DNA of 64,000 nt. Origin: Psilocybe cubensis. Its lineage: Eukaryota. Under the pieces are notes generated by a model. It ran no database searches and was not told the DNA's origin. It saw only the letters and a program-made list of their open reading frames with translations. The translations under genes and the position numbers were made by a program. The stretch is from assembly GCA_017499595.2 (NCBI GenBank), contig CM039010.1:434001-498000 (forward strand), written 5' to 3'. Shown here piece after piece: positions 50,536-63,453 of the stretch; position 1 is the first letter of the stretch; the number at the start of each line of letters is the position of its first letter.

Positions 50536-51222
50536 ATGATCGTTGTTACTCCCGATATCGAATCCGATGCAGCTTCCACCCATACTCTCGTGACACCACC
50601 AAAATACCAAGAAACACCTCACCACCTCCCCAGAATCATCTACTCCTCTCTTCTGATATCCACCCTCGCTTTCGTCTTCGCCATCGTCAATTATGTTACC
50701 TATTATCACTACTACGACGTGCCAGCGGGCATTGTGGCCCCTATTCTAGCATATGTATCGACAGTACCACATCACTGTGCTGTGATTCTATTAAACTGGC
50801 TTGAACGCCATCAAAGCGAGTCCATATTCCCGTTTGCACCAGCCTCATTGCGCGGAATCCTTTATTCTTTGGTACCCATATCATTGTGGGCAGCATCTAC
50901 AACAGTCTCTGCTATCAATCTACACAGAGACAGCGCGTCGTGGTCGAGTTGCACGTATAAACCAATACAAAATGCCAATGGGACATACAGCGTCTTTGTC
51001 GACTGCGATAACATAATTACCTACCACCCCACTATTGCACACGACTACTGGTGTTCATTCACTTCAACACTCACTTCCGCCTTGGAGCTACTCCTCGCCC
51101 TTATCATCACTTCCATTTGCTTTATGCATTATCGACGGCGCCAGAAGGCTGTACTACCCAATAATGAACCTTCATCTTCCCCAAGTTCTACCCCGTCCGA
51201 GTCGAAGGTTGTCTCTGCGTAA
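50536..51222 (+). CDS. Uncharacterised four-TM protein, family copy 4 (intronless)
   Basis: MIVVTPDIESDAASTHTLV...VPHH...WLERHQSESIFPFAP...two-Cys loop...YW..TSTLTSALE...HYRRR. Confidence 0.87.
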   Translation: MIVVTPDIESDAASTHTLVTPPKYQETPHHLPRIIYSSLLISTLAFVFAIVNYVTYYHYYDVPAGIVAPILAYVSTVPHHCAVILLNWLERHQSESIFPFAPASLRGILYSLVPISLWAASTTVSAINLHRDSASWSSCTYKPIQNANGTYSVFVDCDNIITYHPTIAHDYWCSFTSTLTSALELLLALIITSICFMHYRRRQKAVLPNNEPSSSPSSTPSESKVVSA

Positions 51223-51935
51223 ACCTTCCGTCTATCTCTCATCGTGCTCGTATATAAAGGCGTCGGTGCGTCCTGAGCTTAATCAGCAATGTTGTACTCA
51301 TACCTCTCATCATTAGATAGGGTTTTCATGTTTTATTCCACCCACAATACTCGTCGACGTGAAAATCGGAGGAACCAATCCTTATCACCACTGTCACTCA
51401 TCGCGCTCACGCTTTAACTTTGCGCTACGATAACCTCGGAGCAATTGCTCTTATCGCGCTGCCCAGTCTACAAAGAAACCCTGTTGTACTTGGGTTTTGT
51501 CGCTTCGAGTGGAAAGCTTCTAGGCCAGATTCTATTTTGATCTTGACACTTACATTAATAGCTCACAACGCTCGGAGACATTGCGCTGTAGTATGCAGTA
51601 CTCAAGCTTTATACTCGGAGGACATGTGTACGAGGCGAATCGGTGCGTGCAACACTACATTCAAGTTTATTCGGATTTATAACTTTCTAATCTAGTAACA
51701 TCACACTCCTTTGATATGTTAGCTATTGCCCACTAGCCATATACCAATGTATCTATGTACAGGAACTACATAACGCATTGATAAGAATATCTTCTTGCCT
51801 CGTGGTTCTTGATTCAGAACGTCAGGAAGCAAATTTAGTGTGATGAATTTATGGACCGTTTCATCGGCCAAGCAAATTAAGAAAATGTCGCGCGTTTCGT
51901 GAGCTTGACAACATTTCATCCTTTTCTTTTCTTCC

Positions 51936-52592
51936 ATGATCATCGTCGCTCCTGATATTGAGGCCACCGACGCTGCGTCCACACACACTCTTGTCACTCA
52001 GGAGTACCAAAAGGTTCCTCGACATCTCCCCATTTTACTATATTCATCCTTCCTTGTGTCGGCCCTGGCGTTGGCATTCACCATCGCCAACCTTCTCAGC
52101 TACACCTATGACTATCTGCCTAATATCATCGTACCCGTGGTGCTGGGATTTGTCTGCATCCTCCCTCATCACGGCGCGGTCGTGCTCCTTCAGTGGCTTG
52201 AAAAACATGAAAGCGAGTCCATCTTTCCTTTCGCTCCGACATCTCCTCGAGCAATCATCTACTCCTTCGTTTCGTTGATACTGTGGGCCACGTCCATGGT
52301 AATGTGCGCTATAAATCTCCATAGGAACATGCAACCCATCCCCAACTGTCACCTTGACTCCCTCTCGTCAAACAAATGTATAACATATTACTACGCTCCG
52401 ACCGTGACTGAAAACTGGAGCGCCGTGGCCTCAACCCTTGCATCCTCTTTGGAGACGATTCTCACCTCTGCAATTACATTGTCTTGCTTCCTCCACAGGA
52501 GACGAGAATGCAATCGCCCCTCTCAACCTGAAAATTTGCCGGCCCCTTCCACCTCGCCACCCGTAGTAAAGATGCTGCCTGGATCCGGATGA
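51936..52592 (+). CDS. Uncharacterised four-TM protein, family copy 5 (intronless)
   Basis: MIIVAPDIEATDAASTHTLV...LPHH...WLEKHESESIFPFAP...C..C loop...NWSAVASTLASSLE...LHRRR. Confidence 0.87.
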   Translation: MIIVAPDIEATDAASTHTLVTQEYQKVPRHLPILLYSSFLVSALALAFTIANLLSYTYDYLPNIIVPVVLGFVCILPHHGAVVLLQWLEKHESESIFPFAPTSPRAIIYSFVSLILWATSMVMCAINLHRNMQPIPNCHLDSLSSNKCITYYYAPTVTENWSAVASTLASSLETILTSAITLSCFLHRRRECNRPSQPENLPAPSTSPPVVKMLPGSG

Positions 52593-53391
52593 CCAGTACC
52601 CAGAGAAGGAATTTTGCGTGGTGCTAGTGAGTGTCATGGTATAACTGCAACTGGTAGCTGGTGTCAAATAATTGCTATTGCTCTACAGTGCCCCATCACC
52701 AGGGTCTGCGCGCTCGACACGGTTTCTTATTGGCCGGAGCCATGCACCCCTATACATAACACACCTCCGATCATCGGACACACTCATCGCTTCACTCGGA
52801 ACGAGCGCAGGATGGTCGGATAGCACAAGGGTGTACAGCGCCGATTTTCATGTAAGGGAAGGATGGCATTCCAATGTTGGGACTGTGTGTATTTTCAGCC
52901 ATTCGTGCCATGGGCGCTTATTCTTCGATGGTGCATTCAAAATTATCGCTCCAGTTTTTGTATCGATGCTTCCCCTCATTACTCGATCATAACTGAGCCT
53001 ACGCTGCGGATGTGTCATCAGCCTGAACTCAGTATAGTTTGCTATGCAGGAGGTCGTCTACACTGCAGACATGTAAATGTACTATTTTTAACTTCACCGT
53101 CAAGACCCATGATTGACATTGGCATTTGACATATGATAGGATCATATTCCCCGCGGTGTCTTATGAATCATGTTGATATACAGAGGCAAAAAAACGTTGT
53201 CTGTTTAGCATAAGTCCTCTTCCCGGGTAGCGCAGCATCTTCTATGGAATCAGTGTGCCTCCAGCGGCTTTCAATGATGTATGTCGTAAGATGGTCGTAC
53301 ATTGTCAGCGTATATATGGCGACGGCTGCGGAATTATCAGACACCTCTCATACCCTATTGTCCTCATGCTGGCCTGTGCCAAATCCTCTAC

Positions 53392-54036
53392 ATGATCGTC
53401 ACCGCCAGTATTCCAGCAGCTGACTCGTCTGACGCTGAGTCAGTTCGCACTCTCGTTCCCGTTCAGAGAGTCCCTCCATGGGTCCCAACTCTGACTATCT
53501 GCTCCCACATCACATCTACAGTTGCATTAGCCTATGCTATACAAGACAGCGTCAATCTTTCATACCAGTATCTACCGAATGCCTTCGTTCCAACGGTACT
53601 CGCATATACACTCTCCCTCCCATTCCACATCGCCATACTCCTTCTAAAATGGCTAGAACGGCATAAAACCGAGTCCATCATGTCATTTACGCCAGCTACG
53701 CCTCGGTATATAGCCTATTCCGTGCTCTTGGTTGCATTTTGGGTGGCCTCTGTTGCTGTATGCTCGATCAATCTCCACACCGCATCCAAACCAAATTGGT
53801 TTTTTTGCTCTGATGACAACCCGGCGTGCATTCAACTCAAAATGACCATAGACAATCCACCTGTAAAGGCCTATGCAACACCTCTCGCTTCGGAATTGGC
53901 TTCTTCAGTAACATTGGTGTTATCCATTGCTATTACAACACGCTTGTTTATGTACCACCGCCAGCTCCTGAAGAAGTCCCGTAGTGCAGCAGGTCATGAC
54001 GGCTCAATGGCGTTGGAACCAAAGGGATACACTTGA
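53392..54036 (+). CDS. Uncharacterised four-TM protein, family copy 6 (intronless)
   Basis: MIVTASIPAADSSDAESVRTLV...LPFH...WLERHKTESIMSFTP...CSDDNPAC...LASELASS...YHRQ. Confidence 0.85.
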   Translation: MIVTASIPAADSSDAESVRTLVPVQRVPPWVPTLTICSHITSTVALAYAIQDSVNLSYQYLPNAFVPTVLAYTLSLPFHIAILLLKWLERHKTESIMSFTPATPRYIAYSVLLVAFWVASVAVCSINLHTASKPNWFFCSDDNPACIQLKMTIDNPPVKAYATPLASELASSVTLVLSIAITTRLFMYHRQLLKKSRSAAGHDGSMALEPKGYT

Positions 54037-54213
54037 CTTGAAATATAGGGTGCGTACCTGGCTTTAATTGTACACGATTTGCAGATAACTGACTAGATCT
54101 TACTGTGCCATTAGAAAGAATGTATTTTCTGGAATGCATCGAAAAAATTTTTCATATACACAAATAATGGGTATGGTAGTACAGAGAGTGGTATAATATC
54201 AAAAGCGACGAAA

Positions 54214-54817
54214 TTAGGAGATAGTGATCTTCTTTGGTCCCACTTGGTCAACAGCGACGGTCTTGGGGAACGTAATGGTAAGAACACCGTTCTCCATGTT
54301 AGCTTTAATTTCGCTATCCTATATTGAATTTATTGAATCAGGAATTCCCGGTGCCTAAATAATTATATACGCCTACATACCTTGACCCCTGCAGGCAATT
54401 GCAAAGTGCGAGAGAACTTCCCGTACTGGCGTTCGCGTACAGCATAGCCATGTTCCTCAAATTCGCTCGCCTGCTTCAACTCGGCTGAGACGCTCAGTCG
54501 GTTATTGTGGACGTCAATGCTGACGTTTTCCTTTGATACTCCAGGGAATTCAAAGGTGGCGGTCACGAGATTCTTTTCGGCGTCTTCATGAAGATCCATC
54601 CTGCAATGTTCAAAGTCATATTTAGCGCCGAACGTACTTGTAAAGTTTCACAGTTCATCTCTTACCTTGGCTTTAAAGACCTGACAGCTCCATCGCCAGC
54701 TGCGTTGCGACGCTGGAGTTGATTGTGTCTGGGGCCGCCGTGCGCATGACGAGCGAAGGCCTCTTCAAAGAGGCGGTCGAAGTCATAGTAGGGTTCGTAG
54801 AAGAAGACGTTCGACAT
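54214..54817 (-). CDS. Small heat-shock protein (HSP20/alpha-crystallin), two introns
   Basis: MSNVFFYEPYYDFDRLF...PR/MDLHED...ATFEFPGV...RERQYGKFSRTLQLP.GVK/..IKANMENGVLTITFPK...KKITIS*. Confidence 0.95.
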
Positions 54818-54915
54818 TTTGTAGATTGTTGTTAAGTGAGCTCGATTAGAAGCTTTGGACTCCGGATGTGTGGATGAGAAATAGAACTGATTTCCAAGTG
54901 TTATTAACTAGACTC

Positions 54916-55084
54916 ATTTATACCTTCGTTGAACTATGAAAGAGGAAACAACGAAAACGTCCTGGAATTGTAAAGAAACATCTCAGTGCTGAAGTAGAAA
55001 TCTCTCGAAAGATGGATGGCTTCTCTGCCTACGTTTGGAAAAGGGTATTCGCGATACTTCCAGATCGGAGAAAATTCCAGAACG
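54916..55084 (-). promoter_or_regulatory. HSP20 promoter: TATA box and heat-shock-element-like nGAAn arrays
   Basis: TATAAA on the minus strand at 54916-54921. GAA-at-CTC-tc-GAA at 54997-55009 (three-unit HSE with one mismatch) and TTC-ca-GAA near 55075-55082. Confidence 0.55.
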
Positions 55085-55429
55085 CGGTGGCGCGATGAGC
55101 GTGAGAAATTTGTGCGGCATTGATTCGGCAATCGCGGCGAACTATTTTCATGCCGTGATTGTGAGCAGACTCGATAGGTGAAAAATATCTAGAGCAGTTT
55201 TTAACTTGGTTAAGGGGAGCACAGACTTGCAATAGGCCTGTATGGGATGAATGTCGGTAAGATCCTCGCTGTGACACTTTATACAATGGCCAAGAGTGGC
55301 ATAGGGACAACCAAACCAAGCAAAGTAAAAAAATTGAAGAGGAACAAAAATATGTCAAGGAATCAACAAAATACAAAAAGCAAACAAAACAGAGAGTGAG
55401 CTCCGTCGACGGCCTTATGCATAGACCCA

Positions 55430-57422
55430 TCAACGCAAAGCACTAGCTCTCAGCATACTCGTTGAACCCCATATGCTCTCCCCCAGACCAGCACCAGTTT
55501 CGTCATTCGTGCTTTCAGCCGTATTCTTGGAGCTATTCCCCATAATAACGTTGAGGTCTCGTTGGCTTTTCTGCAGGATCTTCGTTAGGTGCTGCAGACC
55601 CGCCTGCTGCTCTGTAAGAATCTGCGCAATCTGGGCAAGTCCATCCTCGTCCACCACAGCCCAGTTATCTGTAGGCAAAGTTCCTGATGCAGAGGATCGC
55701 TCGATGCTTGCGCTGACAGAGCCGATCAATGCCCAAAGCTCGTTGAGTCGACCCTTGACCCTTCCTCTGCGCATCTCCTCTTCGAGTTCTTCCAGTTTAC
55801 CTCGCAGAGCTTCTTCTTCTGGTCTCAAAGCACTGGAGCGAATCGTAGGGATCAGGAGGTGGAGGTGTTGAATGAAGCGCATCAGCCGTTGGATTACTTG
55901 GGTCTGTGTACTAGCCGCACGGAGAAGCCGAGACGCGTTTGAGACAGCGTGTTGGGTGCGCAAAGCCGCCAGCCGGGTTTGCAGGTCCTTCAAATTTTGT
56001 AGATGGTTGGCGGATTGCGCAGTCTGGGCATCAACACGAACTCTCAAATCGTCAAAACCAATTGCAATGACAGGAACAAGACTGTAGAAAGCGTGTCTGA
56101 ATTAGTAATATTTCACTGAATATATCACAAGTAGCGTACCATGAAGGATCAGGGTTTTCACGAACGGCCTTTTCCCACATCGCGTCGTTGGTGGCATTTG
56201 CTGGGCGTCCATATAAGTTTACTTGCTTGGGATCCACCAGATTATAGAAGTTGTGCTGGTTTGGAATAAACATTAGTATATAAGCCTCAAAGCATTGACC
56301 AAAACACACCTGGAATTCGCAATCCTTCGACTCTTGGTTCCAAGCATTTATAATCCTTTCAATTTTTTGCGCAAGCTGTGAAAATTGATTCTGGGCATCC
56401 TGCATATTGGACGGAGTAGTTAGAGTAGAGGTGCCAAAGACATTTTGTTGAGCTGGGGCGCCGAGTGCGCTCGTTCCCAGAGTGCTTTTGTTTCCGCCAA
56501 ACAGGGTAGAGGAGCCGAAGAGAGATGACTGCTGTGGCTGTTGTTGTGGCTGCTGCTGTTGGTTTTGCTGCTGCTGCTGCTGTCCTCCGAACAAACCACC
56601 TCCGAAAATTGAACCAGTGTTCGTGTTCGTCGTGGGTGTTGTTGTGGTCGAGCCAAAAAGACCTGTCGCGGGCTTAGCTCCAAAGATACTGCTTCCAGTG
56701 TTTTGGGTATTTCCAAAAAGACCTGTTCCAGCCGTGTTTCCGGTTTGCGGCTGACTATTCGTTGCGCCGCCAAAGAGACCGGTGCCAGTATTTGCAGTTT
56801 GTTGTTGTTGAGTGTTGTTCGCTGTCGATCCAAAGAGTCCACCACCAGTGTTTGTTGTGTTGTTCGTTGTCGATCCAAAGAGTCCACCACCAGTATTCGT
56901 CGTGTTACCTCCTCCAAAGATACTCCCGCCCGTTGTTCCTGCTGTCCCCGTTCCTGTATTCGTAGCTGTGTTTGTAGCACCCCCAAACAAAGGGTTGGCA
57001 GTTGTTGTGTTATTCCCAAACAAATTACTGGTGCCCGTGGTTCCACCTCCTCCAAATATCGACGATCCCGTCGTTGTTCCTGCATTCCCCGTCGCGTTCG
57101 CATTCGTGTTGTTAGCAGCATTCCCGAACAGCGAGCTACCGGTGTTCGTATTGGTGGTGTTGTTCCCGAACAACGAATTGCCAGATGCTGGCTGGTTTGT
57201 CGTATTGGATGCTGGCGTTCCAAAGGCGCCAAAAATATTTCCCGCTGCTGGTGAAGCAGTGTTCGTATTCGTGGCACCGAACGGTGATGACGTTGGATTG
57301 GCCGCTGAGTTGGTAGATCCAAACAAAGACGAGCCTGCTGCTGGCTGGTTCGTGTTCTGGGCGCCGAACACGTTACCGCTCGTGTTGGTATTGGTGTTTC
57401 CAAAGTTTCCGAAGATCGACAT
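55430..57422 (-). CDS. NUP57: FG-repeat nucleoporin Nup57/Nup54
   Basis: About 330 aa of SLFG/GLFG/SIFG repeats, then CEFQ/HNFYNLVDP...WEKAVRENPDPS/CLVPVIAIGFDDLRVRVDAQ and a coiled-coil region ending QQAGLQHLTKILQK. Confidence 0.9.
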
Positions 57423-58358
57423 ATCTGGAGGTGGCTCCTACAGAGTTTGCGATACTTTCAATTAATACAAAGGAGCTGTGAAACGAAACAAGGTCACCAC
57501 TTGCCAATCAAATATCAATTTCTTGTATACTCACCTATACCCCAGGAAACTTAGAGATTGAGGAATGTAGAGTTCCCCGCCAAGTGATATTATACACTGT
57601 GTAAAATGGTGAGTTTATGAAAGGCATATTGTGGCATCAAACTTACGAAGACCCTCTCGTCGCGGTCGCGGTCCAGTGCACAACGTCGAGCGACCCAACC
57701 GCGTCCCAAAACAGAAGTGATTGCGTGAACCCTCGGAAACAAACAAAACGCCTAATATGGGTATAAATCAGGGGCTTGCTGAATATCACTCCTTGTTTCC
57801 AAGAGTCTCTGCACGTTCAGTGATTATAAATGAAAAGTAAGATTGTCACTCTCCAACATTGCGATCTCTTTAACAATAGGTAAAATAGTGGTATACTATT
57901 GTAATATAATACATGTGTGTCAAAATCATTAGCGCTGGACTTTTTATGTATGCATGCATATTAACTATTTGGACTTGGTCATAGATTTTCAGAGTCCAAG
58001 CCGGCGACTAGAGCGGTACTAATAATGATGAACGAAAAATGGAAGATATGTGAACATGAAACGACACTCAAGAATATTGGTTTTCTGGAAAATGTAGGGT
58101 AACGGAAAAGACCATGGACTATGAGATATTCGGAAAGAGATAGGAGGACACGGAAAGGATATGACAAGACATGATAGCAGCAAGAAGGCATAAAATAAGG
58201 AATCAAGGGAACCACAAAATATGTACATCGTAAACAGAATCATAAACAGGAAAGAAAATAAGAGCGAGGAGGCTATGAAATGTCAACGGAAGGGTACAAT
58301 AGAGAAACGTTGCAAGTCGGAACTTGGACTCAGACAATGGATGCGGCCCGGACACCGA

Positions 58359-61246
58359 TTATGAATCTAAATCACCTACTCGCGTCAACGCGACTCTCCT
58401 CTTCTTCTTCGGCGGCTCCTGAGATTTCCCAGCATCTACAGCAGATGCCGGTGCCTCTCCAGTGGACGAGCCAGCCTTTGGTTGCTGAAGTTTCTGCTCA
58501 GAGGAGGATGTCTGCGCTGTCGAGAAATAAGCCTCAGAGCCATCCACACTCGCAGCAGGTGTCAACGGTGGGTCGGACCTCTTCTTTGGGTTCGAGGTTT
58601 GAGATGGGCCAGGCAAGCCGATGCTGGCAGATGATGGTGTAGCCGCGGGTGTAACTTGAGCTGATGAAGCCGACACTGAGGGAGGGTGGTTGTTTGGGCC
58701 ATAAGAGATGGGCACTGAGTGGTGGTGCGCAATCGACTGTAGTTGAAGGGTATGCTGTTGGGTGTGGTAGGCGGGCAGAATGTCGTCGAATATGATTAGG
58801 GTACAGTAGCCATCGCGCGAGGAGAGAATGAGGCATTGACCATCTGGTGACCTGGAGGTAATCCAAAAGTCAATGACAATTGTCCTAAAAGAAAATTTAG
58901 AAGTTAGAATGCATACCAAGTCATATCTGTGAATTCGTCATAGTGCAACTTTGTGAGCAAGCAGAGAGGTGATGCTTGTTGTGTATCATAGATGGCGACA
59001 GTGTCCATCGTCACGACTGCAAACAGCATGCGGTAAGGCAGAGCAAAGACAGAACCTGTCTGCATCACTGTTCCTCCTCCACTGTTAGCATTATTATTAT
59101 TATTGGTTTGTGAAGGGGCAGGAGTCGAAGGCTTCGATTCAGCAGGTGTCGGCGGCCTCAAATCCATAGGCGAAAGCGCGGGCGACGAAGCCACGATGTT
59201 GATACCTGACGTCGAGATCGCAGGCCGGGGTGTTGGGGTCACAATGTTGCCGGGTGCCGGTGTTCGCTGGGGCGTCATCAACGCACTGGTAGAAGGCGTC
59301 GGCATGGGTGGGTTCTCCGATGGCTTCAACGGGCCCAACACGTCGACATCCATAACGCCATCCACACCCTTCTCAAGCACACCAACCGGCAAGTTGTCTT
59401 TACCCTTTCCTTCCGCCTTTTTATCATTCTCTTCAGCTGTCGAGCTAGATGTACCTGGAAGGGACACGCCCGATCGCAGGTCATAGAGAATGGGCGAGAA
59501 GCGCACTGCGACGCTCGCCTTCTTGTGCCCTGGCAGCTGTGCAATCGGCGGTCTCGCAAAATTCGCGCGAGAGTAAATATACACAGACGAAGACGACCCC
59601 AATTGCGTCGACGCTCCAGCTTCCGACGGATGCCCTTTCCTTCCCCTTGTAGGCGTGGTGTCTTCCCCCGCCTTCGTTGCCACCGAAGCAGGTGTCACCG
59701 ACGGATCTTCGAACTGTCCCGCCGGCGTCAACAGCAGGCCGCCATCTGGGCTAAACGTCAACCGTCTGAAAAAGTTTGTGTAGCTTTCATCTCCGTAAAG
59801 CTTAACGCTCGCCCACAGCGCCGCCGTCGGCGCATTCGAAGACGAAGGTAAATTCCTAATAGCTGGGAGGGGTGGCATCGGCGATGGAGAGCGTCCATAT
59901 CGACTGTTGTTGTTATTGTTGCTGAAAGTGGACGGTGAGCCGGGGGCATTGGAGCTAAATGAGGATCTTCTGGAAGAACCCTCGATGGGTGGCGGCGGGA
60001 ACATGAATGCAGGTGTACTCGTGACAGACATCGCAGGCGTCAACGGTGCCCCTCCTCCCTCCCTTCCATGGCCTGATGTAATACTTTGAGCGTCGTCATT
60101 GTTGTCCAGGGCGATAGCTGAGGAGGACTCCAGGTCACTGGCAGTGGAAGCCCGTCGGAACATCCGGGGCCGTCCGCCATGGGCACTAGGTGTGCGAGAA
60201 TGGCTATGGCTGTGTCTGTGCGGCATGCGTGTGTTTTTGCCCACAGCGTGCACTTCAAATGCACCTCCGGGTTTGGTCGTGATGTTGTAGATGTGCATAG
60301 AGCGATCGCTGCTTTGGGTGGCAATGTACTCGTTCAAAGGGTCCCAGGCAACGCCCTGCACATAGTGCAGGTGCTCGGCGATCTCGTATACACATTTTCC
60401 TGTAAACAGTTTAGAAATGTGGAGTAGCTTGAGCCGAAAAGAAGCGTACCGTCTGCGGCGGCGAAAACTCTCGCTGTGTTGTCGGTGCTACCCGCAATAA
60501 TGTACTCCCCAGTTGGACTCCATGCCAAGTCATATACTTGCATTGTAGTACATCTGGACGTCTCATTAGTTGAAATTATTGGATGGGTTTGTAACGGGCA
60601 GTAAGGACTCACCTAAAGGTTGTTCTGGGTTTCCAGTATTCTTTCTCATACTGCAAATCTTCGGCGCTGAGATCACTTCCATAAGTAGCCGCCTGGGGGC
60701 TTGCAGAGGGCGCCCATATGATGATCATGCCATCTACAAATGCTTTCATCAGTGCCTGAAGCGCGCGAGGATACACAGGTTGGCATACCATCCCCAGCAG
60801 ACGCGACAAGCTCCCCTTCAGTCGCGAATTGTGAGTCGTTAGTCAAACGAAAAGTTGACGGAGCATACCATTTGGCGAAAAGCGAACCACATTGACTGCT
60901 GCGGAGTGGCGGCTGAGGGTCGCCAGGTATTCTACTCGCGGTGGCCGCGAAGCATTGGCTGTCGTAGGATCCGCATCCGCCAACAGCGTCGGCGGTCTGA
61001 TGTGTGGATGAACCATCCATATCTGCAACACCCCGTCAACAATCGACGCGCCGCGCAGCTCTTCGTGTTCCCACTCACTCTGACATGGTTGTCTTCCCCT
61101 CCCGTCGCCAGCCTGTAGCTCTGAGACGCATAATTTTTATCCTGGCCCGCTGCCGGACGCGCCTTTTTGAAAGGAAGAGGCTGGAAGTCGCAGGTAGATA
61201 TAGGCTTGCTGTCGTGCCATCTGATCTCCAAAGTTCGAAAACGCAT
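58359..61246 (-). CDS. CAC2: Chromatin assembly factor 1 subunit B (p60), WD40
   Basis: MRFRTLEIRWHD, RLATGGEDNHVR/IW, VEYLATLSRHSAAVNVVRFSP, YDLAWSP, HYVQGVAWDPLNEYIATQSSDRS, FFRRLTFSPDG, LPYRMLFAV, C-terminal B-domain-like KKRRVALTRV. Confidence 0.93.
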
Positions 61247-62142
61247 TTCGCTGGGGATTGACGCGCTCAGCAGCGTGTAGTTGTGGAAGAGCAATAAAAG
61301 CACTCGACGGTTGTGTCGATGTCGGTGGGAGAAAAGGGAGGAGGTCACGGTATTTGGCAGGGTACTTTATCACCGTCAGTCATCACAACTTCACAGGCGG
61401 CCCCAATTTATGTAACCTTTTTTATCCTTCAACTTTGATCTCTGTTTCGCAGTCTATAGAGAACAAAAGCCAAGGCAACCCTCAAAAAGATCGGAACCCA
61501 GACTGCTGGCAATACAAAGAGTATAGGTACAGCAGGCGACTCACGTTCTGCTGGTGGTGAGCTGGTTGACCACATGTTTCAAATCCACAACAACGGTGCC
61601 TCGGGATCAGTGTACTATTAATCTCAGCTCAACATCCCGGCGTTCTTGTTGTCCTTAGTTAACAATGAGGTTACCAACGCAAAGCAATTGGAAAGCAAAA
61701 TACTGTAAAGCAGTAAAAATTATGGCTTTGAACTTTGGAATGTAAAAGTAGATATGTAGATTCTAACAGATTATTCTGACTGGTGATAATGTACAAAAAT
61801 ATTCCGTCTAAACCCACTTACCTGCAACTTGAGAGGGCGCCAAAATGATAATCGAGAGCACAGATCAACAAAGACAAGATTTTTTGAAGCCCAGGCAGAA
61901 AAATTTCTCTCAAAATATCGTCGTCTCATGAGCACATAGGAAACAGGCAAACAGATCGATTGAAGCTTGCAATAAGGATAGTTCAACACACAGCGTCCAG
62001 AAAGAATGCAGCCACAGCGTCGAGAAATTGAGGTATGATTGATACCTAGAAACAATCATGCATCCACTGATAATTAGATTGTATACACAGCGAATAAAGC
62101 ATCATTGCACACACCTTGTCGTATACGGCACGGAAGTGCGTG

Positions 62143-63127
62143 TCACTCTACAGCTTGAGATTGGGCAAAAGGCGGCGACTGTGTTGCCCCTATGTCTGAG
62201 TCCATGTCCGAGTCATGATCCACACCTGGTACAGGCCCCCAGGAGTAAGCTACAGCCTTGACATCTTCAGAAACTTCCAGATTATGCGGCAAGCGGAGGT
62301 TCAGATCAGTAAATATCCTATAGAGAGCCTCCGCAGAAACGCCGCTAGTGACCAGAAACTCTGGCTCGACACCCCAGCCTAGAAGGTCCAGCACAAGTAA
62401 TTTAGCCTGGGAGAGCTCCTCTGGAGAAACTATAAGGCCGGGTCAAAAAAAAACATAGAAGTTTCAAGTTAGCTCAGTGAATGAGTAGGCGGTGATATTC
62501 CAGAAAAGGTGTTAACAGAGGTGTAGTTAGCAGTAGACACCTACAAGGTCTCATTCGATCCGCGCCAGGAGATATGTCTGGTGGTGGGGGTGAGCCATGT
62601 GCCTCTGGAGATTCTTGTATATGACCGCCTGCATCCTCCTGTTTGGATGATTCCTCAGGCAAAACCGTAGAGTGTGGGGGGTCTGGTGACGGTACAAGCG
62701 CATTGGCCACCATTTCGGAGGAAAAAGATGGAGATTTGGAACCACTTGCTTTTGAGTCCGACTCTTGATCTTCGTCCATCGCATTTTCTGAAACTGACGT
62801 TTCAACTTCCTTAGGTTTAGAGATGGGTTTTTCTACTGGTGACACATCTTTGTCCCCGAAATCGGCTCTATTCGATTCGATCGGGTCCGTCGCTGCCCCA
62901 TTTTCCGCTACAGGCGCCTGAGTGGCTTGTGGGGAACCAGCTGCCTCTTTTCCACCAGCGCTGACGCTACTTGGAGATTTGGATATTCCAGGTATAAACT
63001 CTGTGTCGGATTGAGACTGGCTCAAAGACGCCCTGCGAAACTTTGCCTTGCGCTGAAATTTAGATGACATCGCCGGTGATGATGGCCTTGGAGAGCTGGA
63101 TTGAGTCGTGTCCTCTTGCAATAGCAT
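62143..63127 (-). CDS. Hypothetical protein: acidic disordered N-terminus plus small C-terminal helical domain
   Basis: ORF 62474-63127 is low complexity and is spliced to AKLLVLDLLGWGVEPEFLVTSGVSAEALYRIFTDLNLRLPHNL. The intermediate exon is uncertain. Confidence 0.6.
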
Positions 63128-63453
63128 GGATGTAATGTTTATTTGGGTATTTCAAGCAGGATATAAGCTTCAGCTCCTCGCGATGGTGGTCGTCGGGTGT
63201 CAAGCTCTAAAATGCTCACGCCATTGACGCGTTCCGTATCAAATGACAAACAGACTCCGATTCACAAACATACAAGCCAGTCTTCAAGATTCATGGAGCA
63301 TTCTAATTCTCCATGACACAAGATATATGTACATGGATTACCAGGCAGAGTTAGAGTGTGGCCAATAAGCATTGTGATTGTCAGAAAGTGCTAAATTTGC
63401 AATTCATTCCATTCCGTTTAAATTCCGTTCCAACTCCAATGTCATCTATTACA

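Noticed and set aside
56420-57465. Long alternative-frame and antisense ORFs over NUP57
   Set aside because: By-products of low-complexity FG-repeat codon usage.
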